The notes beneath the pieces were generated by a model. The model was not told where the DNA came from. It saw nothing but the letters and a program-made list of their open reading frames with translations, and searched no databases. A stretch of 64,000 nucleotides of DNA from an uncultured delta proteobacterium (GTDB taxonomy: Bacteria > Desulfobacterota > Binatia > UBA9968). The position numbers were made by a program, and so were the translations under genes. Shown in pieces: positions 1 to 10,892 of this stretch (position 1 is the stretch's first letter; every line of letters begins with the position of its first letter). The stretch is from the NCBI GenBank assembly GCA_963745035.1, contig CAVUVW010000023.1:29915-93914 (forward strand). The letters run 5' to 3'.

Positions 1-18
1 TCCCTCAGGTATCTCCAT
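1..18 (-). CDS. gcvH: 5' end of probable glycine cleavage system H protein (runs off window)
   Basis: ATG at 18 gives MEIPEG; AGGAGG RBS upstream; directly downstream of gcvT. Confidence 0.6.
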
Positions 19-49
19 GACCTTCCTCCTTACACTTGCCGGGGCCCTG

Positions 50-1128
50 TCAATGCCGGTAAAACGGCAACGGCACTACCTTGGCGTGAACTGATTTGTT
101 ACGAATTTCAACATCAAGTATATTTTCGGTGCAGGCTTCTTCCGCGGCCACATACGCAAGTGCAATCGACCGACCCAAGCTCGGCGATCGCGTGCCGCTC
201 GTCACTCTGCCGATACAACGTTGATCCTTAAACAACCGATGCTCACTGCGCGCGATGCCCGGCTCGATCAGCTCCAAACCAACGAGCTTGCGTTTCACGC
301 CTTCTTGTTTCTGCCTTAGCAAGACTTCACAACCGATGAAAGAGCCTTTTGCAAATTTCACTACCCAGTCTAATCCTGCCTCTAAGGGAGTCGTGCCGTC
401 ATCGAGCTCATGACCATAAAGCGGATAAGCCTTCTCCAAACGCAAGGTGTCGCGCGCCCCGAGCCCTACCGGCACTAAACCCACCGGAGAACCTGGTCGA
501 GTAGATCGTCCCACATTTTCTGCGCGTCATTGGATTGGCAATAGAGCTCGAACCCGACCTCGCCAGTATAACCCGTGCGCGCCATCAAACATCGCTTCCC
601 CGCGAGTTCGCTCTGGGCAAAATAGAATGATTTCATTCCTGCTAAATTGATCGGAGTTAAGGGCTGCAAAATTTTTTCGGCCAGCGGTCCCTGTAATGCC
701 AACTGCGCATAGTCTCCACTGACATTTTCGACTTCAACGTCCCCGGTCGCATGGTCCCGCAGCCATTGGAAATCCTTGTCGGTATTAGACGCATTGACGC
801 AAATGAAAAAATCCCCCGACTGCCGCTTGTAGAATATGACGTCATCGACGACGCCGCCCTGGTCATTGAGAAGTAAGTTGTATTGAGCTTGAGATACTTT
901 TATCCGGGAGAGATCGTTGGCCGTAAGCCTCTGGCAGAGAGCTTCGGCTCCGGTGCCGCGCACTTCAATCTCGCCCATATGGCTGACGTCGAAAAGCCCG
1001 GCGCGGCTGCGTACCGCCAGATGTTCCGCAATCACACCGCTGTATTGCACAGGCATCTCCCAGCCGGCAAAGTCAACCATGCGGGCGCCAGCTCGGCGAT
1101 GAGCGGCGTATAATGGAGTTCTTTTCAT
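50..1128 (-). CDS. gcvT: Glycine cleavage system aminomethyltransferase T (one frameshift near 490)
   Basis: [29 protein letters not shown] and [11 protein letters not shown] motifs across two ORFs. Confidence 0.93.
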
Positions 1129-1167
1129 CGATCGCGACAAGAAGCGGACGCTGCAAGCTGAGTGAGA

Positions 1168-2028
1168 TTAACGTTCGCGCTGGATGGAATCCTTGGCCGC
1201 CTTCAAAGTGTTATACAGCAGCATGCAAATGGTCATTGGACCGACTCCTCCCGGAACCGGCGTGATCGCGGAGGCTCGTTCCTTGGCGGTCTCGAATTCC
1301 ACGTCACCGGTGAGTTTGCCGCTTGGCAAGCGATTGACACCGACATCGATGACCACGGCTCCAGGTTTGATCCAATCGCCACGGACTAAGCCGGCTTTCC
1401 CAATAGCGACGACCAAAATATCCGCCCGGCCGACTTCGTCCCGCAGGTTGACGGTCCGAGAATGACAAATTGTCACGGTAGCATGCTTTTCAAGCAGCAT
1501 CAGAGCTAGTGGTTTTCCGACGATGTTGCTGCGGCCGACGACGACAGCGTTTTTACCCTTGAGAGTGCAACCCGTCGCCTCCAGAAGTTTAATAACGCCC
1601 ATCGGCGTGCACGGCCTAAAACCGTCGGCGCCGATCAGTAACATTCCTTGGCTTACCGGGTGAAAACCATCGACGTCTTTGTACGGAGATACCGCTTCGA
1701 GAATCCTTTCCGAACGGATGTGAGCGGGAAGCGGCAGTTGAACTAGAATGCCATGAACATTTTTATCCTTGTTCAGACTGTGCACCAGAGCAAGCAGTTC
1801 CTTTTCTGAAATCGTCGCGGGAAGCAGATGTTCAAAGGATCTGATTCCGACTTCTTTACAGGCCCGCTCTTTATTTTTGACATAGATATGTGATCCCGGG
1901 TCATCTCCCACCAACACAACAGCCAGTCCTGGTGCCATCCCCCAACGCCGCTCGAGCCCGTAAACTTCTTCCTTGATTTGTTTTTGAACCTCTTTGGCCA
2001 CGGCCTTACCTTCAATGATCAGTGCCAT
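1168..2028 (-). CDS. folD: Methylenetetrahydrofolate dehydrogenase/cyclohydrolase
   Basis: [41 protein letters not shown]; start reassigned to ATG 2028. Confidence 0.96.
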   Translation of the reverse strand: MALIIEGKAVAKEVQKQIKEEVYGLERRWGMAPGLAVVLVGDDPGSHIYVKNKERACKEVGIRSFEHLLPATISEKELLALVHSLNKDKNVHGILVQLPLPAHIRSERILEAVSPYKDVDGFHPVSQGMLLIGADGFRPCTPMGVIKLLEATGCTLKGKNAVVVGRSNIVGKPLALMLLEKHATVTICHSRTVNLRDEVGRADILVVAIGKAGLVRGDWIKPGAVVIDVGVNRLPSGKLTGDVEFETAKERASAITPVPGGVGPMTICMLLYNTLKAAKDSIQRER

Positions 2029-2403
2029 GCCTACCTCTTGCGGGCTTGAAAATGTAAAGGAGAAAAAAACATTTTGGAGAAGCGACTTTCTATTGGCATG
2101 CCACGCACAAAGCCAAAGGTCAACCCTAATGGAGAGTCCTTGCCCGGAAAAGCTGCAGCAAAATTTAGAATTTGCAGGTTTCTGTGCTACTTCAACGTGC
2201 ACCTGGTGTGTGATCAAGGCGGATGGACAAGCCATGCTCCGATTTTCATCCGTCAGAAGTTTACATTCGGCCCGCCAATGATCGCGCGCACACGGCCCTT
2301 GCTCATGCGGTGCAGAGAAACGATTGCATTTATGCCTCAGGCCGATCTATGTTTGTCGAACAGCTTTGATCACCGGTCAATACCGCAATTGGCGAGGAGA
2401 TTT

Positions 2404-3496
2404 ATGAACAGACCACGTACTCTTGAGGAAATTAAAAACGACATTCGCGCGCGCTTGGGTCATCGCGCGCCGTTTCTGCATGCCGACAAAGCCGAAGCTG
2501 AAGAGGCCCTCGGTAAGATGAACTCAGTGCAAGGGGAGATATGGGCGCAGGCGTGGAATGAATTGGGGGCCCGCTGGGAAGATAGAGCAAGAGCCGCCGA
2601 GAGCGCCGGCAACAAGGACCAAGCTAAAGAGAGTTATTTGAAGTCCTACGGTTACTACGGCATTGCGCGCCACCCCTTTCCCAGCAGCCCGGGTAAACAT
2701 CATGGCTATGTAAAAACGCGCGAGATGTTTCTAGCCGCTTCAAAGTACTTCGATGTCCCGATTGAACCAGTGTCAATTCCATTTCAGGGCAGACAGATCA
2801 TCGGGCATCTGCGGTTGCCGAAGAAAGTGCCCGCTCCGCTGATCATGCATTGGGGCGGTATCGACAATTGGAAAGAGGAACGCCACTCCTTTGCTGAATC
2901 TTTTGTGCAAAGAAGGCTGGGGATGTTTCGTTATGGATAGTCCAGGAACCGGCGAATCCCCGGTGCTCGCCGGACCGGACGCGCATCAAGTTCACATCAC
3001 GGCGTTGGATTATCTGATGAAAAGACCGGAAGTGGATATAACCCGTATTGCTGTGGTCGGCGCCAGCTTTGGCGGTCACTGGTCGACAAAGCTGGCTCAT
3101 CTCGCGCCGGAGAAATTACGAGCGGCCGTCAACTGGGGCGGGGGCGTTCATTATTTTTTCCAACCGCAATGGCAGGAACGGTCGCGCAATGCCGATTCTT
3201 ATCTTTTCGATCTCATCGAAGCGCGCGCTAATCTTTTCGGCAAAACTAGCTTCGACGAGCTATGTCAGGTGATGCCGGCGCTATCATTGCTCGATGGAGG
3301 CTGGTTGGATAAGCCATGCGCGCCGTTGTTAATCGTCAACGGTAAAGAAGATAAGCAAGTGCCGCTAGAGGACTTCTATTTGCTTTTGGAGCACGGCAAT
3401 CCGAAAACGATGCGCCTGTTTCCCGGCGGCCACATGGGCGCTATTCCGAACATTTTTAAAACTGTGATCACATGGCTGCACGAAAGACTGGACTAA
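2404..3496 (+). CDS. Alpha/beta hydrolase, FrsA/2,6-dihydroxypseudooxynicotine hydrolase-like (frameshift ~2910)
   Basis: GGIDNWKEE, DSPGTGES, nucleophile GASFGG, C-terminal GHMG; RBS GAGGAG. Confidence 0.75.
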
Positions 3497-3500
3497 CAAT

Positions 3501-3755
3501 ATGAGTCTTTATCAACTTCAGAAACTCATTTACGAAGTAAATCGCAATCCCGAGCGCCGTGACACATACCGGGCCGACCCAGTCGGATTCTTCGCTCGTT
3601 ACCAGCTAACGCCGGAGGAGCAAGAGGCGATAGTTGCACTAGATGTGCGCAAGCTTTACCGGCTCGGCGTCCACCCGTTGTTGCTACGGCCGTTCACTTT
3701 GTTGCACCGTGTGTCAAATGAAGATTATGCCAAGGCATTGGCCGAATTGGAGTAA
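3501..3755 (+). CDS. LigA-like small subunit of extradiol dioxygenase
   Basis: 84 aa, YQLTPEEQEAI...LYRLGVHPLLL; immediately upstream of LigB-like gene. Confidence 0.75.
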   Translation: MSLYQLQKLIYEVNRNPERRDTYRADPVGFFARYQLTPEEQEAIVALDVRKLYRLGVHPLLLRPFTLLHRVSNEDYAKALAELE

Positions 3756-3757
3756 CC

Positions 3758-4573
3758 ATGCCGATCGTATTTGCCTGCGCTGCTAGCCATGCGCCGGGGA
3801 TGACTGCCTGGACCGAAGCTGCGCCTCAAGAACAGCGGGAAAAGATTCTCGGCGGTTACCGCAAGCTCGGCGATAGGCTCGTAGCTTCAAAGCCCGACGC
3901 TCTCGTTGTCGTCAGCGTAGAACACTGGGCCAATTTCTTTTTGAACCAAATGCCGACATTCTGCATCGGCCGCGCCGGCTACTACGACGGGCCGGTGGAA
4001 GAATGGCTGAAGATTGCTAAAACGCGGGTTCCCGGAGATGCAGCGCTGGGCGCGGAGCTTTTAGACGCTTGTCTCGACAGCGGCTTCGATCCGGCGTTTT
4101 CGGACGAATTGCTGTTTGACCATGCGACGATGTTGCCGCTGCATTTTTTAAATCCTGGTATGGCCGTGCCGGTAGTGCCGGTGATTATCAACACCTTGAC
4201 AACACCAATGCCCACGGCCAAGCGCTGTTTTGAATTGGGCCGGACGCTTGGCAAAGCGCTGGAGCGACACCCGAAACGAATCGCACTGATTGCCACCGGA
4301 GGTCTCTCCCACTGGCCTGGCGAAGCGAAGATGGGCAAGATCAATGTGCCTTTTGATACGCAATTTCTCGACAGACTGATCAATGGCGAGCGCGCCCGTC
4401 TTGCCGAATACTCCCATTCAGAGATCGACAGAGAGGCTGGTTCCGGCGGTCACGAAATCAGAACCTGGATAACCGTTGCGGGTGCCGTGGAGAATTGGCA
4501 GGCGACTCTGCTCGCCTATGAGGCGGTTCAGCCCTGGGCGACTGGCTGCGGCTTAGTGGCGTTTAATCGATAG
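3758..4573 (+). CDS. Class III extradiol ring-cleavage dioxygenase (LigB/MhpB-like)
   Basis: SHAP, EHWANFF, DHA, ATGGLSHWP, EIRTW motifs. Confidence 0.88.
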   Translation: MPIVFACAASHAPGMTAWTEAAPQEQREKILGGYRKLGDRLVASKPDALVVVSVEHWANFFLNQMPTFCIGRAGYYDGPVEEWLKIAKTRVPGDAALGAELLDACLDSGFDPAFSDELLFDHATMLPLHFLNPGMAVPVVPVIINTLTTPMPTAKRCFELGRTLGKALERHPKRIALIATGGLSHWPGEAKMGKINVPFDTQFLDRLINGERARLAEYSHSEIDREAGSGGHEIRTWITVAGAVENWQATLLAYEAVQPWATGCGLVAFNR

Positions 4574-4665
4574 GGAACGGGCGGCCACGGCGGCCCCTCA
4601 TTATTTGATCAGAGGAAAAAGACGACACTGTATATGCCCTCAGGGTGAGCCCGCTCACGAACTGG

Positions 4666-4698
4666 GTTCAAAACGTTCAAGCTGTTCAAGCCGTTCAA
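4666..4698. repeat. GTTCAA-N3 short tandem intergenic repeat
   Basis: gttcaaaac gttcaagct gttcaagcc gttcaa; same family at 7217-7378 and ~30610-30640. Confidence 0.7.
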
Positions 4699-4718
4699 TC
4701 CCCCTCTTTCATCCTCCC

Positions 4719-6140
4719 TGTACGGACCGGAAACAAGAGTAACAAACGTACCGGAGACATAGGTAACAGTTTTTATGCTGGATCGGATTGGGCTCAGAGC
4801 TAAATGGCGGGGGGTACTAAGGGTCCAACTCGATCGAGATCGTTCGTTATAAGGAAAATATGAAAGCCGTTTTTTCATGAGCGTCACTGAATGCGGCAAT
4901 CGACAGTCTAAAGCTCCCTCAGATTGATTTGGCGAATGGTTTGATGACAAAAGAGCACGTCAAAGACTCCGTCTGTGGCAGTGGCTTTAAGGCCGACGGG
5001 ATAGCCCGAGAAGGCGTGGCCCACTTTCAAGATTTTTCCTTTAAAGTAGATCTCTCCTTTTTGCTGCACCTTGCGCACCATGACTCCCGGATCATAATTG
5101 ATGGGCGGCAAACTCTCTGGAAACGAGCGCAAGCTTACTTGGTAGCGAGAAGCTGGCACCTCCAGTCCCAGAGCGTCATGAGGGCGAATGAAATTGTACT
5201 GTTGTCGGAACAGAGCAAAGGCTGCTTGGAGATCGGGGATGCCTTGCCACTGCCGTTGCTGGAGAAGCTCTCGGTTAAGCGTGCCGTGAAAGCGTTCATC
5301 TTTGCCCATGGTCTGAGGGTGGTAGGGTCGGCTGTGACTCACCCGAATCTGCAAGCGGATCAACCACACCGTAAGCCGTGTGTAAGGATGGGCCAGATCC
5401 CTACCCCATGGGCTGCCGTTGTCCATGATCATCGAGTTGGGAAGCCCGTAGAGACGAAAGGTTTCGGTCAGAGCTGGCTTTACCGACTCTCTTGTCTGGT
5501 CAGGCAAAGCTTTAAGGCACAAGTTAAAGCGCGAGTGATCATCCAAGACGGTCAGTGCCTGAGCCGGGCCACCGAGAGTGGCCAGTGGCCCTTTGAAATC
5601 CATTTGCCAAAGACTATTGGGCACCTCATGCTCGAAACGCTGCCAGTTGGGCTTGGCCGCTTTACTGCCAGCATCGATCAGCCCATGACGGTGAAAGACA
5701 GCGGTAATGGTGCTCGACGCCGGCACAGTCTTTTCACCTTGATTCTTCAAAAGACGACGAATCTTTCGCGCTCCCCAGCGCGGATAACTACTACGCAGCG
5801 ATATCAAAGCTCGCTCTTTTGCCTGCGGCAATTGCCCGGGACTCTTCTTGGGACGACGCGAATGATCGAGCAGACCTTCGCTTCCTTGTTTACGGTGTCG
5901 ACCCAGCCATTTGTAGCCGGTCTTTCGACTGATGCCGTAACGCTGGCACAGCTCGGTAAAGCTCACTGCTTTTTTCTCCGACAAGCGCACAAACTCTTGG
6001 CGCAAAGACATGAGACTAACCACTCCCCACGGCATAAGTTCTCCCCCCTTTCGACTGCAGGGAGAATTATGCCTTCGGTTATTGAAAAAGTGTTACCCAT
6101 GTCTCCGGTACACCTGTTACCTATGTCTCCGGTCTATACA
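4719..6140 (-). mobile_element. IS481-family insertion sequence, complete
   Basis: TGT...ACA ends; ~50-bp imperfect IRs each with two ACCGGAGACATRGGTAACA-like units; 6-bp direct repeat CCTCCC at 4713-4718 and 6141-6146. Confidence 0.95.
4908..6035 (-). CDS. IS481-family DDE transposase
   Basis: HTH (GISRKTGYKW), WQMDFKG, DDHSRF, DNGSPW, PQTMGKDERFH. Confidence 0.96.
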   Translation of the reverse strand: MPWGVVSLMSLRQEFVRLSEKKAVSFTELCQRYGISRKTGYKWLGRHRKQGSEGLLDHSRRPKKSPGQLPQAKERALISLRSSYPRWGARKIRRLLKNQGEKTVPASSTITAVFHRHGLIDAGSKAAKPNWQRFEHEVPNSLWQMDFKGPLATLGGPAQALTVLDDHSRFNLCLKALPDQTRESVKPALTETFRLYGLPNSMIMDNGSPWGRDLAHPYTRLTVWLIRLQIRVSHSRPYHPQTMGKDERFHGTLNRELLQQRQWQGIPDLQAAFALFRQQYNFIRPHDALGLEVPASRYQVSLRSFPESLPPINYDPGVMVRKVQQKGEIYFKGKILKVGHAFSGYPVGLKATATDGVFDVLFCHQTIRQINLREL

Positions 6141-6186
6141 CCTCCCCCTTGCCTGGTCCTGATGCCTTCTTAATCGGAGAACCCAG

Positions 6187-7182
6187 ATGTCTCTCAAATT
6201 TAGCCTGCATAGTCTTCACGGCGGCGTAAAGAACATCGACGAGATTCATCGACGCGCAAAACGCGCCGAAGAACTGGGCTATGACGGAATCTTTCTCGGC
6301 GAGAGTCATTTAAGCTCGATCGATTCTTTCCAGATTTTGGCCAGTTGCGCGATGCTGACGCAACGCGTTCTTCTCGGCATCGCCGTGACGAATATGGTCT
6401 TTCGCCATCCGACGGTGCTCGCCGGCGCGGCGGCATCGCTCAATGAGATATCCAACGGCCGGGCGATTCTCGGGTTAGGTACCGGCGATGGTCCGGTATA
6501 CACGCAAGGGTTGAAAGCGACGCCGATCAAGCAATTTGAAAAAGGCGTGAGACTGATCCGCCAGCTGGTGCAAGGAAATCGCGTCACCTTCCCCACCGGT
6601 GAGTTCGGCATCAGTTTTACGATCAATCAGCCCGCGCCGATCTATGTTTCAGCCGAGGGGCCAAAGGGACTGCAACTCGCCGGCCGCGCTGCCGACGGCG
6701 TGATTCTCGGCACCGGCTTTGATCTGCGTGTGTTCGAGTGGGCGAAACATAAAATCCGTGAAGGCACTACCGCGGCAGGGCGCGATGAAAAAGACGTTGC
6801 TATACTTGCCGCGGGCATGCTGTGCGTCCGCGACGACGGCGATGAAGCTCGCCGCATCGTGCGCAATCGGATCGCCAACCGCGCCCATCATAATTTTCGT
6901 TTTACTCTGGAAACTGTTCCATCAACAGAGCTAGAGGGTGTCAAGAAATTCATGGCCAGCTTCGATGTCATGAAGCCGATGGAGGAACGAGTCGATCCTG
7001 ATCTCGTCAACGATTATTTAGTTCGGCGCTTTTCAGTGGCCGGCACTGCGGCGCAGTGCATCGAACGTATTGAAGAATTAAACGCCGCCGGTGTTGAGCA
7101 TCTCATGCTCACCCCCGCGCGAAAGGTTTACCATGAGAGCGTCGAAACCTTCGCCCACAAAGTCATACCGCATTTCAGATAA
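6187..7182 (+). CDS. LLM-class flavin/F420-dependent oxidoreductase (Mer-like)
   Basis: AEELGYD, RHPTVLA, SNGRAILGLGTGD, GPKGLQLAGRAADGVIL. Confidence 0.85.
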   Translation: MSLKFSLHSLHGGVKNIDEIHRRAKRAEELGYDGIFLGESHLSSIDSFQILASCAMLTQRVLLGIAVTNMVFRHPTVLAGAAASLNEISNGRAILGLGTGDGPVYTQGLKATPIKQFEKGVRLIRQLVQGNRVTFPTGEFGISFTINQPAPIYVSAEGPKGLQLAGRAADGVILGTGFDLRVFEWAKHKIREGTTAAGRDEKDVAILAAGMLCVRDDGDEARRIVRNRIANRAHHNFRFTLETVPSTELEGVKKFMASFDVMKPMEERVDPDLVNDYLVRRFSVAGTAAQCIERIEELNAAGVEHLMLTPARKVYHESVETFAHKVIPHFR

Positions 7183-7216
7183 ATAGGACTCACATGCGCG
7201 TAGCCGCGCACGTGCG

Positions 7217-7378
7217 GTTCAACCGTTTAATAGTTCAACGTCAGAACCGGGTTAATTCGACTTGGATACGCCGATTTTTTCTGTTCGTGCAGAGTTGCAG
7301 AGTTAAGGGTGCGGGTTACCTGGTACGTCCGCATGGGTTCGGTCTTACGTTGAACTGTTGAACCTTGAACGTTTGAAC
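7217..7378. repeat. Inverted GTTCAA/TTGAAC repeat element between convergent genes
   Basis: gttcaaccgtttaatagttcaacgtcagaaccg ... cggtcttacgttgaactgttgaaccttgaacgtttgaac. Confidence 0.6.
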
Positions 7379-7388
7379 TGTTTTTCGT

Positions 7389-8216
7389 TTAAGAGGTGAC
7401 TTCCCACCAGTTTTTGCTGATGTCGCTGAAGATGAAACGGGTACGGCCGTTTTCTTGCAAGTCCCAGAGCTCGTTGATCCCGATCCCTTTGCCTTTGGTC
7501 GAGAATTCTTTATACGCGTCCGCGACCTGCTCGGCCGATGCCAGCTTCAATGTAAACCGATTGGCTGCGGTCAAGTACTCACGGCGCGTGGTTGGCAAAA
7601 CAACGATATACCATGGCGTGCTCGGATGGCTGATGTAGGTAGACGTGCGGCCGCCGCCGATGATCTCCAGCCCCAAGACTTCTTTGACAAAGCGATCATT
7701 GATCTCCTTATCGTCGCAGTTCAAAGTTCCATGAGTCATTGCCTGGGGCACGTAACCTCTTCCGGGGAACTTCTCTTCCGGCAATGGGCTACTCCAATGC
7801 GGCGCGGCTATTTTGCGACCCTGTTTGACTGCCGCCGGATTGTAGTACTCAATTTCGAGATCATTACCGCCGGGTTCCTTGAAGTAGATGGAATAGGCGA
7901 AATGAGCTTCGTGAGGCTTGGTCACGCTTTTGATCTTGTACTCGTCTTTATGCTCGGTCAGATATTCGTACGCCCTGGGAATTTCCCTCGAGCTTGACAC
8001 ACGGAAACCGTAATGGTTGGTATGCGGCTTGTTAGCGGCGTGGGGTCCGCCCTCATGGACGACGAGACGCCACGCGGTATTCGGATGCTTCAGTACCGCT
8101 TCGTTGTCCTTGCGGTCGACAATTTCGAGAGCCAACAGATCGGTGAAAATCGGCAGCGTTTGGTCCAAAGAGCGGCATTCGTAATGCCCTTCCGTCAATC
8201 CAACTGGTTTCAGCAT
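7389..8216 (-). CDS. VOC/glyoxalase-family two-domain protein
   Basis: Two VOC repeats: HYGFRV...YFKEPGGNDLEIE and FSDISKNWWEV. Confidence 0.75.
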   Translation of the reverse strand: MLKPVGLTEGHYECRSLDQTLPIFTDLLALEIVDRKDNEAVLKHPNTAWRLVVHEGGPHAANKPHTNHYGFRVSSSREIPRAYEYLTEHKDEYKIKSVTKPHEAHFAYSIYFKEPGGNDLEIEYYNPAAVKQGRKIAAPHWSSPLPEEKFPGRGYVPQAMTHGTLNCDDKEINDRFVKEVLGLEIIGGGRTSTYISHPSTPWYIVVLPTTRREYLTAANRFTLKLASAEQVADAYKEFSTKGKGIGINELWDLQENGRTRFIFSDISKNWWEVTS

Positions 8217-8276
8217 GTCCTTCTCCTAGCTTCTATTTATTGTATCCGTGTATAAACAGAAAAACCATAAGCCCCG

Positions 8277-9377
8277 TCAATGTCGGCTGTCTGGGACGGC
8301 AGGCATACGGACTTCCGCACCCGACTTGGCGCATTCCTCTTCAAAGATCTTGCGGATAATCGGATCCTCATCCTCATATTCGATCTGCCAACCACCAAAC
8401 GCCAGCGGCACATCCGACTGAATCTTGCCGGGCTGGAGCTTATATTTTCGGCTGAGAATTTTGAGAGCCAAATATCGCGCCGGTTCGGCGCTGGAATTGA
8501 AGTGCTGATGAAACCAACCTTCGGGCGGCACAACAATCGAGCCCGGCTTCCAATCCACTCGGGTCATCTCTTTGCCCTCCGGCCAGAGCAAGGAATAACC
8601 TTTTCCGGTGAGAATAAAAACATGCGCCCCCGGCCCATGACGATGGGCCTTTTTGTAAATGCCGACGGGAAAGCGCGAAACGTGCGAACCCATCATGCTT
8701 TCCGACATCTCGAAAAAGATCGTCGCATTGCCCTTGCCGCGCTCCGTCCATGCCACCGGTTCGATATTGATGGCATCGGCAACAAAGTTGGTTTCGACCA
8801 CGCGGTCGCTGTAGAGCGTGCCTTTGCCGCCGAAAAAGCCCTCTTCGCCTTTGAACCGGTCAGTAAAGGAATAGGGATTGTTAATCACGAAATCCTCGCA
8901 ATGGAATAGATTAAAAACCAGTGGCGCCGTGGTCACCGCCAGCAACCGCGCCTCGCGGTCTCCCTGACCGTTGAAATGCTGGTACCAGGCATTCAACGGA
9001 ATCGCGAAAAGACTGCCGGTTTGCCATTCGAAACTCTGTTTGCCGCCATTGGTTTGCCAAACCGTCGTAGCGCCGCGACCATCGAGGACGTAGATCAATG
9101 CCTCATAGATATGCCTCTGCGGATTGAGGCTCTTGCCCGGCGGGATGCCGCAAACATAGGCGTCATCGAGATAGCCCGTGCCATCCAACATGATATAGAC
9201 GCCGTTACCGCCCATCCGGTCCCACCATTTAAGCGGGATCGTATAGAGATCTTCCACGAAGAATCCCCTGATCACATCGATTCCCTGTGACGCAATCCAA
9301 CGATCGTAAGGGGTATCCATCACCTCGACCTTGCGGTCGACTTTCGCATAGGACACCTTTGGCAAATCTGCTGACAT
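8277..9377 (-). CDS. Bicupin protein (gentisate 1,2-dioxygenase-like)
   Basis: Two cupin motifs: QRHIYE...WYQHFN and KAHRHGP...WFHQHFN. Confidence 0.8.
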   Translation of the reverse strand: MSADLPKVSYAKVDRKVEVMDTPYDRWIASQGIDVIRGFFVEDLYTIPLKWWDRMGGNGVYIMLDGTGYLDDAYVCGIPPGKSLNPQRHIYEALIYVLDGRGATTVWQTNGGKQSFEWQTGSLFAIPLNAWYQHFNGQGDREARLLAVTTAPLVFNLFHCEDFVINNPYSFTDRFKGEEGFFGGKGTLYSDRVVETNFVADAINIEPVAWTERGKGNATIFFEMSESMMGSHVSRFPVGIYKKAHRHGPGAHVFILTGKGYSLLWPEGKEMTRVDWKPGSIVVPPEGWFHQHFNSSAEPARYLALKILSRKYKLQPGKIQSDVPLAFGGWQIEYEDEDPIIRKIFEEECAKSGAEVRMPAVPDSRH

Positions 9378-9548
9378 ATGCTGGCCTCCTTGGCTGCTTT
9401 ATTGTTTATCCTGATTTTTTTACGAATCATCAAGCAGACGGAAACAAGAGCCTACCGCGAGTAAGCTAAAGATTCGGTGAAGGTTGACAACGGCAGCTGT
9501 ACGCCACATAGGTAAAGTCGAAATCGAAAACTCTGCCATCGAGGGGAA

Positions 9549-10817
9549 ATGATGAGTCAAGACGCAATGAACAGTCTAGTCGCGGCGCTCAAGCAGGGCG
9601 TAGGTCTGCGCGACGAGTTTATCTACTACATCGCCTTTGACGATTATAAAGAACTTCCGGATCCGTTTGCGCGAACAGCGGTTACCGTTGATGAAGTGCA
9701 ACAGACGATCGATCGTTATGCCAATCCACAAAGCCCCGGAGAACTCTTTGCATGGGACATTCACGGCCGGCTTTTCACACCAGCGAAAACCTCGATTCCC
9801 AACACAGCGGTGGTGATGATTCATGGCGGCGCGGCAAACGAATACGAGTTTATATTCACGCCGGATGGCCCGGAAGAATATCCGGATCTCACCAAGACAG
9901 ATCCCGCCCAAGCGCGGGTAGGAGTTGCGCAGCATATTGCTTCGCTCGGCATACCCGTATTGGCGATCTCACTGCCTGGCCACTACAGCCGCAAGCCTTG
10001 GCGGCCTATCGCCGCGCGCCGCCCCGAGTTCGTTATCGGGGAGATGCCCGACGACACGGAGCTTAAAAACAGGCTCGCGGTTTATACGTTTCGAATGTGC
10101 ACTGACGCCATCAAGGCTCTGGTTGAGCGCAGCGTTCCGGATCATGACATTTTTATGTGGGGGCACTCAACCGGCGGGGAATATTTTTATTTAATGGAAC
10201 AGTACGGCCTAAAGAATAAACTCATTGGCGGCTTGGGTTTTGGCACGGGCATGCCGGCCTGGGTGCGCAAGGAATGGGATCTGGCCTGCGCCGAAAAATC
10301 TCCGGAAGAACGCGCCGCGCCGTTTCGCCACCTAACCGATCTCAGCCGCCGCTCTCCCGAGAGCTATACCAAGAGCGGTTATGTCGGACCGAATCAGCCA
10401 TGGGGCAACGCGGAGAAATGGTTTGAGTTGGAAAATCACCGCCGGCCACAGTTCAAACCGTTTCTGCAGGATATCGAGCACAGCGCGCATGATGTTTTGC
10501 TGCCCGAAATTCGCAGGATCTCAGGACTGACTGATAACGAGTTGTTCATCACCTACAGATCCGATTTGAATCGCCTGCGCGGCAAAAAAATACTCCATAT
10601 TGTCGGCGAGTACGATAAGGGCCATTGGATAGAGGGCGGGGAGAAAGGGTTAGAGTTTCGCCGCGAGGTTTATGCCTTCAACCGTTTCTCTCCATACGCC
10701 AAAGCGCTTCGCTTGATCGTAGTTCCGAACTTAACTCATTACGGCCACGTCGAGAGCTATAACGAGAGATTGGCAAACCTCATGGTGACCGGCTTCAAAG
10801 AATATTTCCTAACCTGA
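9549..10817 (+). CDS. Uncharacterised alpha/beta-hydrolase-fold protein
   Basis: MIHGG oxyanion loop, SLPGH, GHSTGG nucleophile motif, GEYD acid, C-terminal THYGH. Confidence 0.6.
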   Translation: MMSQDAMNSLVAALKQGVGLRDEFIYYIAFDDYKELPDPFARTAVTVDEVQQTIDRYANPQSPGELFAWDIHGRLFTPAKTSIPNTAVVMIHGGAANEYEFIFTPDGPEEYPDLTKTDPAQARVGVAQHIASLGIPVLAISLPGHYSRKPWRPIAARRPEFVIGEMPDDTELKNRLAVYTFRMCTDAIKALVERSVPDHDIFMWGHSTGGEYFYLMEQYGLKNKLIGGLGFGTGMPAWVRKEWDLACAEKSPEERAAPFRHLTDLSRRSPESYTKSGYVGPNQPWGNAEKWFELENHRRPQFKPFLQDIEHSAHDVLLPEIRRISGLTDNELFITYRSDLNRLRGKKILHIVGEYDKGHWIEGGEKGLEFRREVYAFNRFSPYAKALRLIVVPNLTHYGHVESYNERLANLMVTGFKEYFLT

Positions 10818-10835
10818 GTCCGTAGCTACTCTCAT

Positions 10836-10873
10836 AAAGAAAGGCCCTGGTAAGTTCAACCTTACCAGGGCTT
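10836..10873 (-). terminator. Rho-independent terminator, possibly bidirectional
   Basis: GCCCTGGTAAG-6 nt-CTTACCAGGGC hairpin followed by a T-rich tract on the minus strand, between convergent genes. Confidence 0.75.
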
Positions 10874-10892
10874 GTCTTCGTACCCGTTCTCG

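Noticed and set aside
2029-2403. Glycine or folate riboswitch, or sigma-54 promoter, upstream of folD-gcvT
   Set aside because: No aptamer consensus recognised; the TGGCATGCCA palindrome lacks the -12 GC
4929-6173. 414-aa ORF antisense to the IS481 transposase
   Set aside because: No recognisable motifs; shadow of the transposase frame
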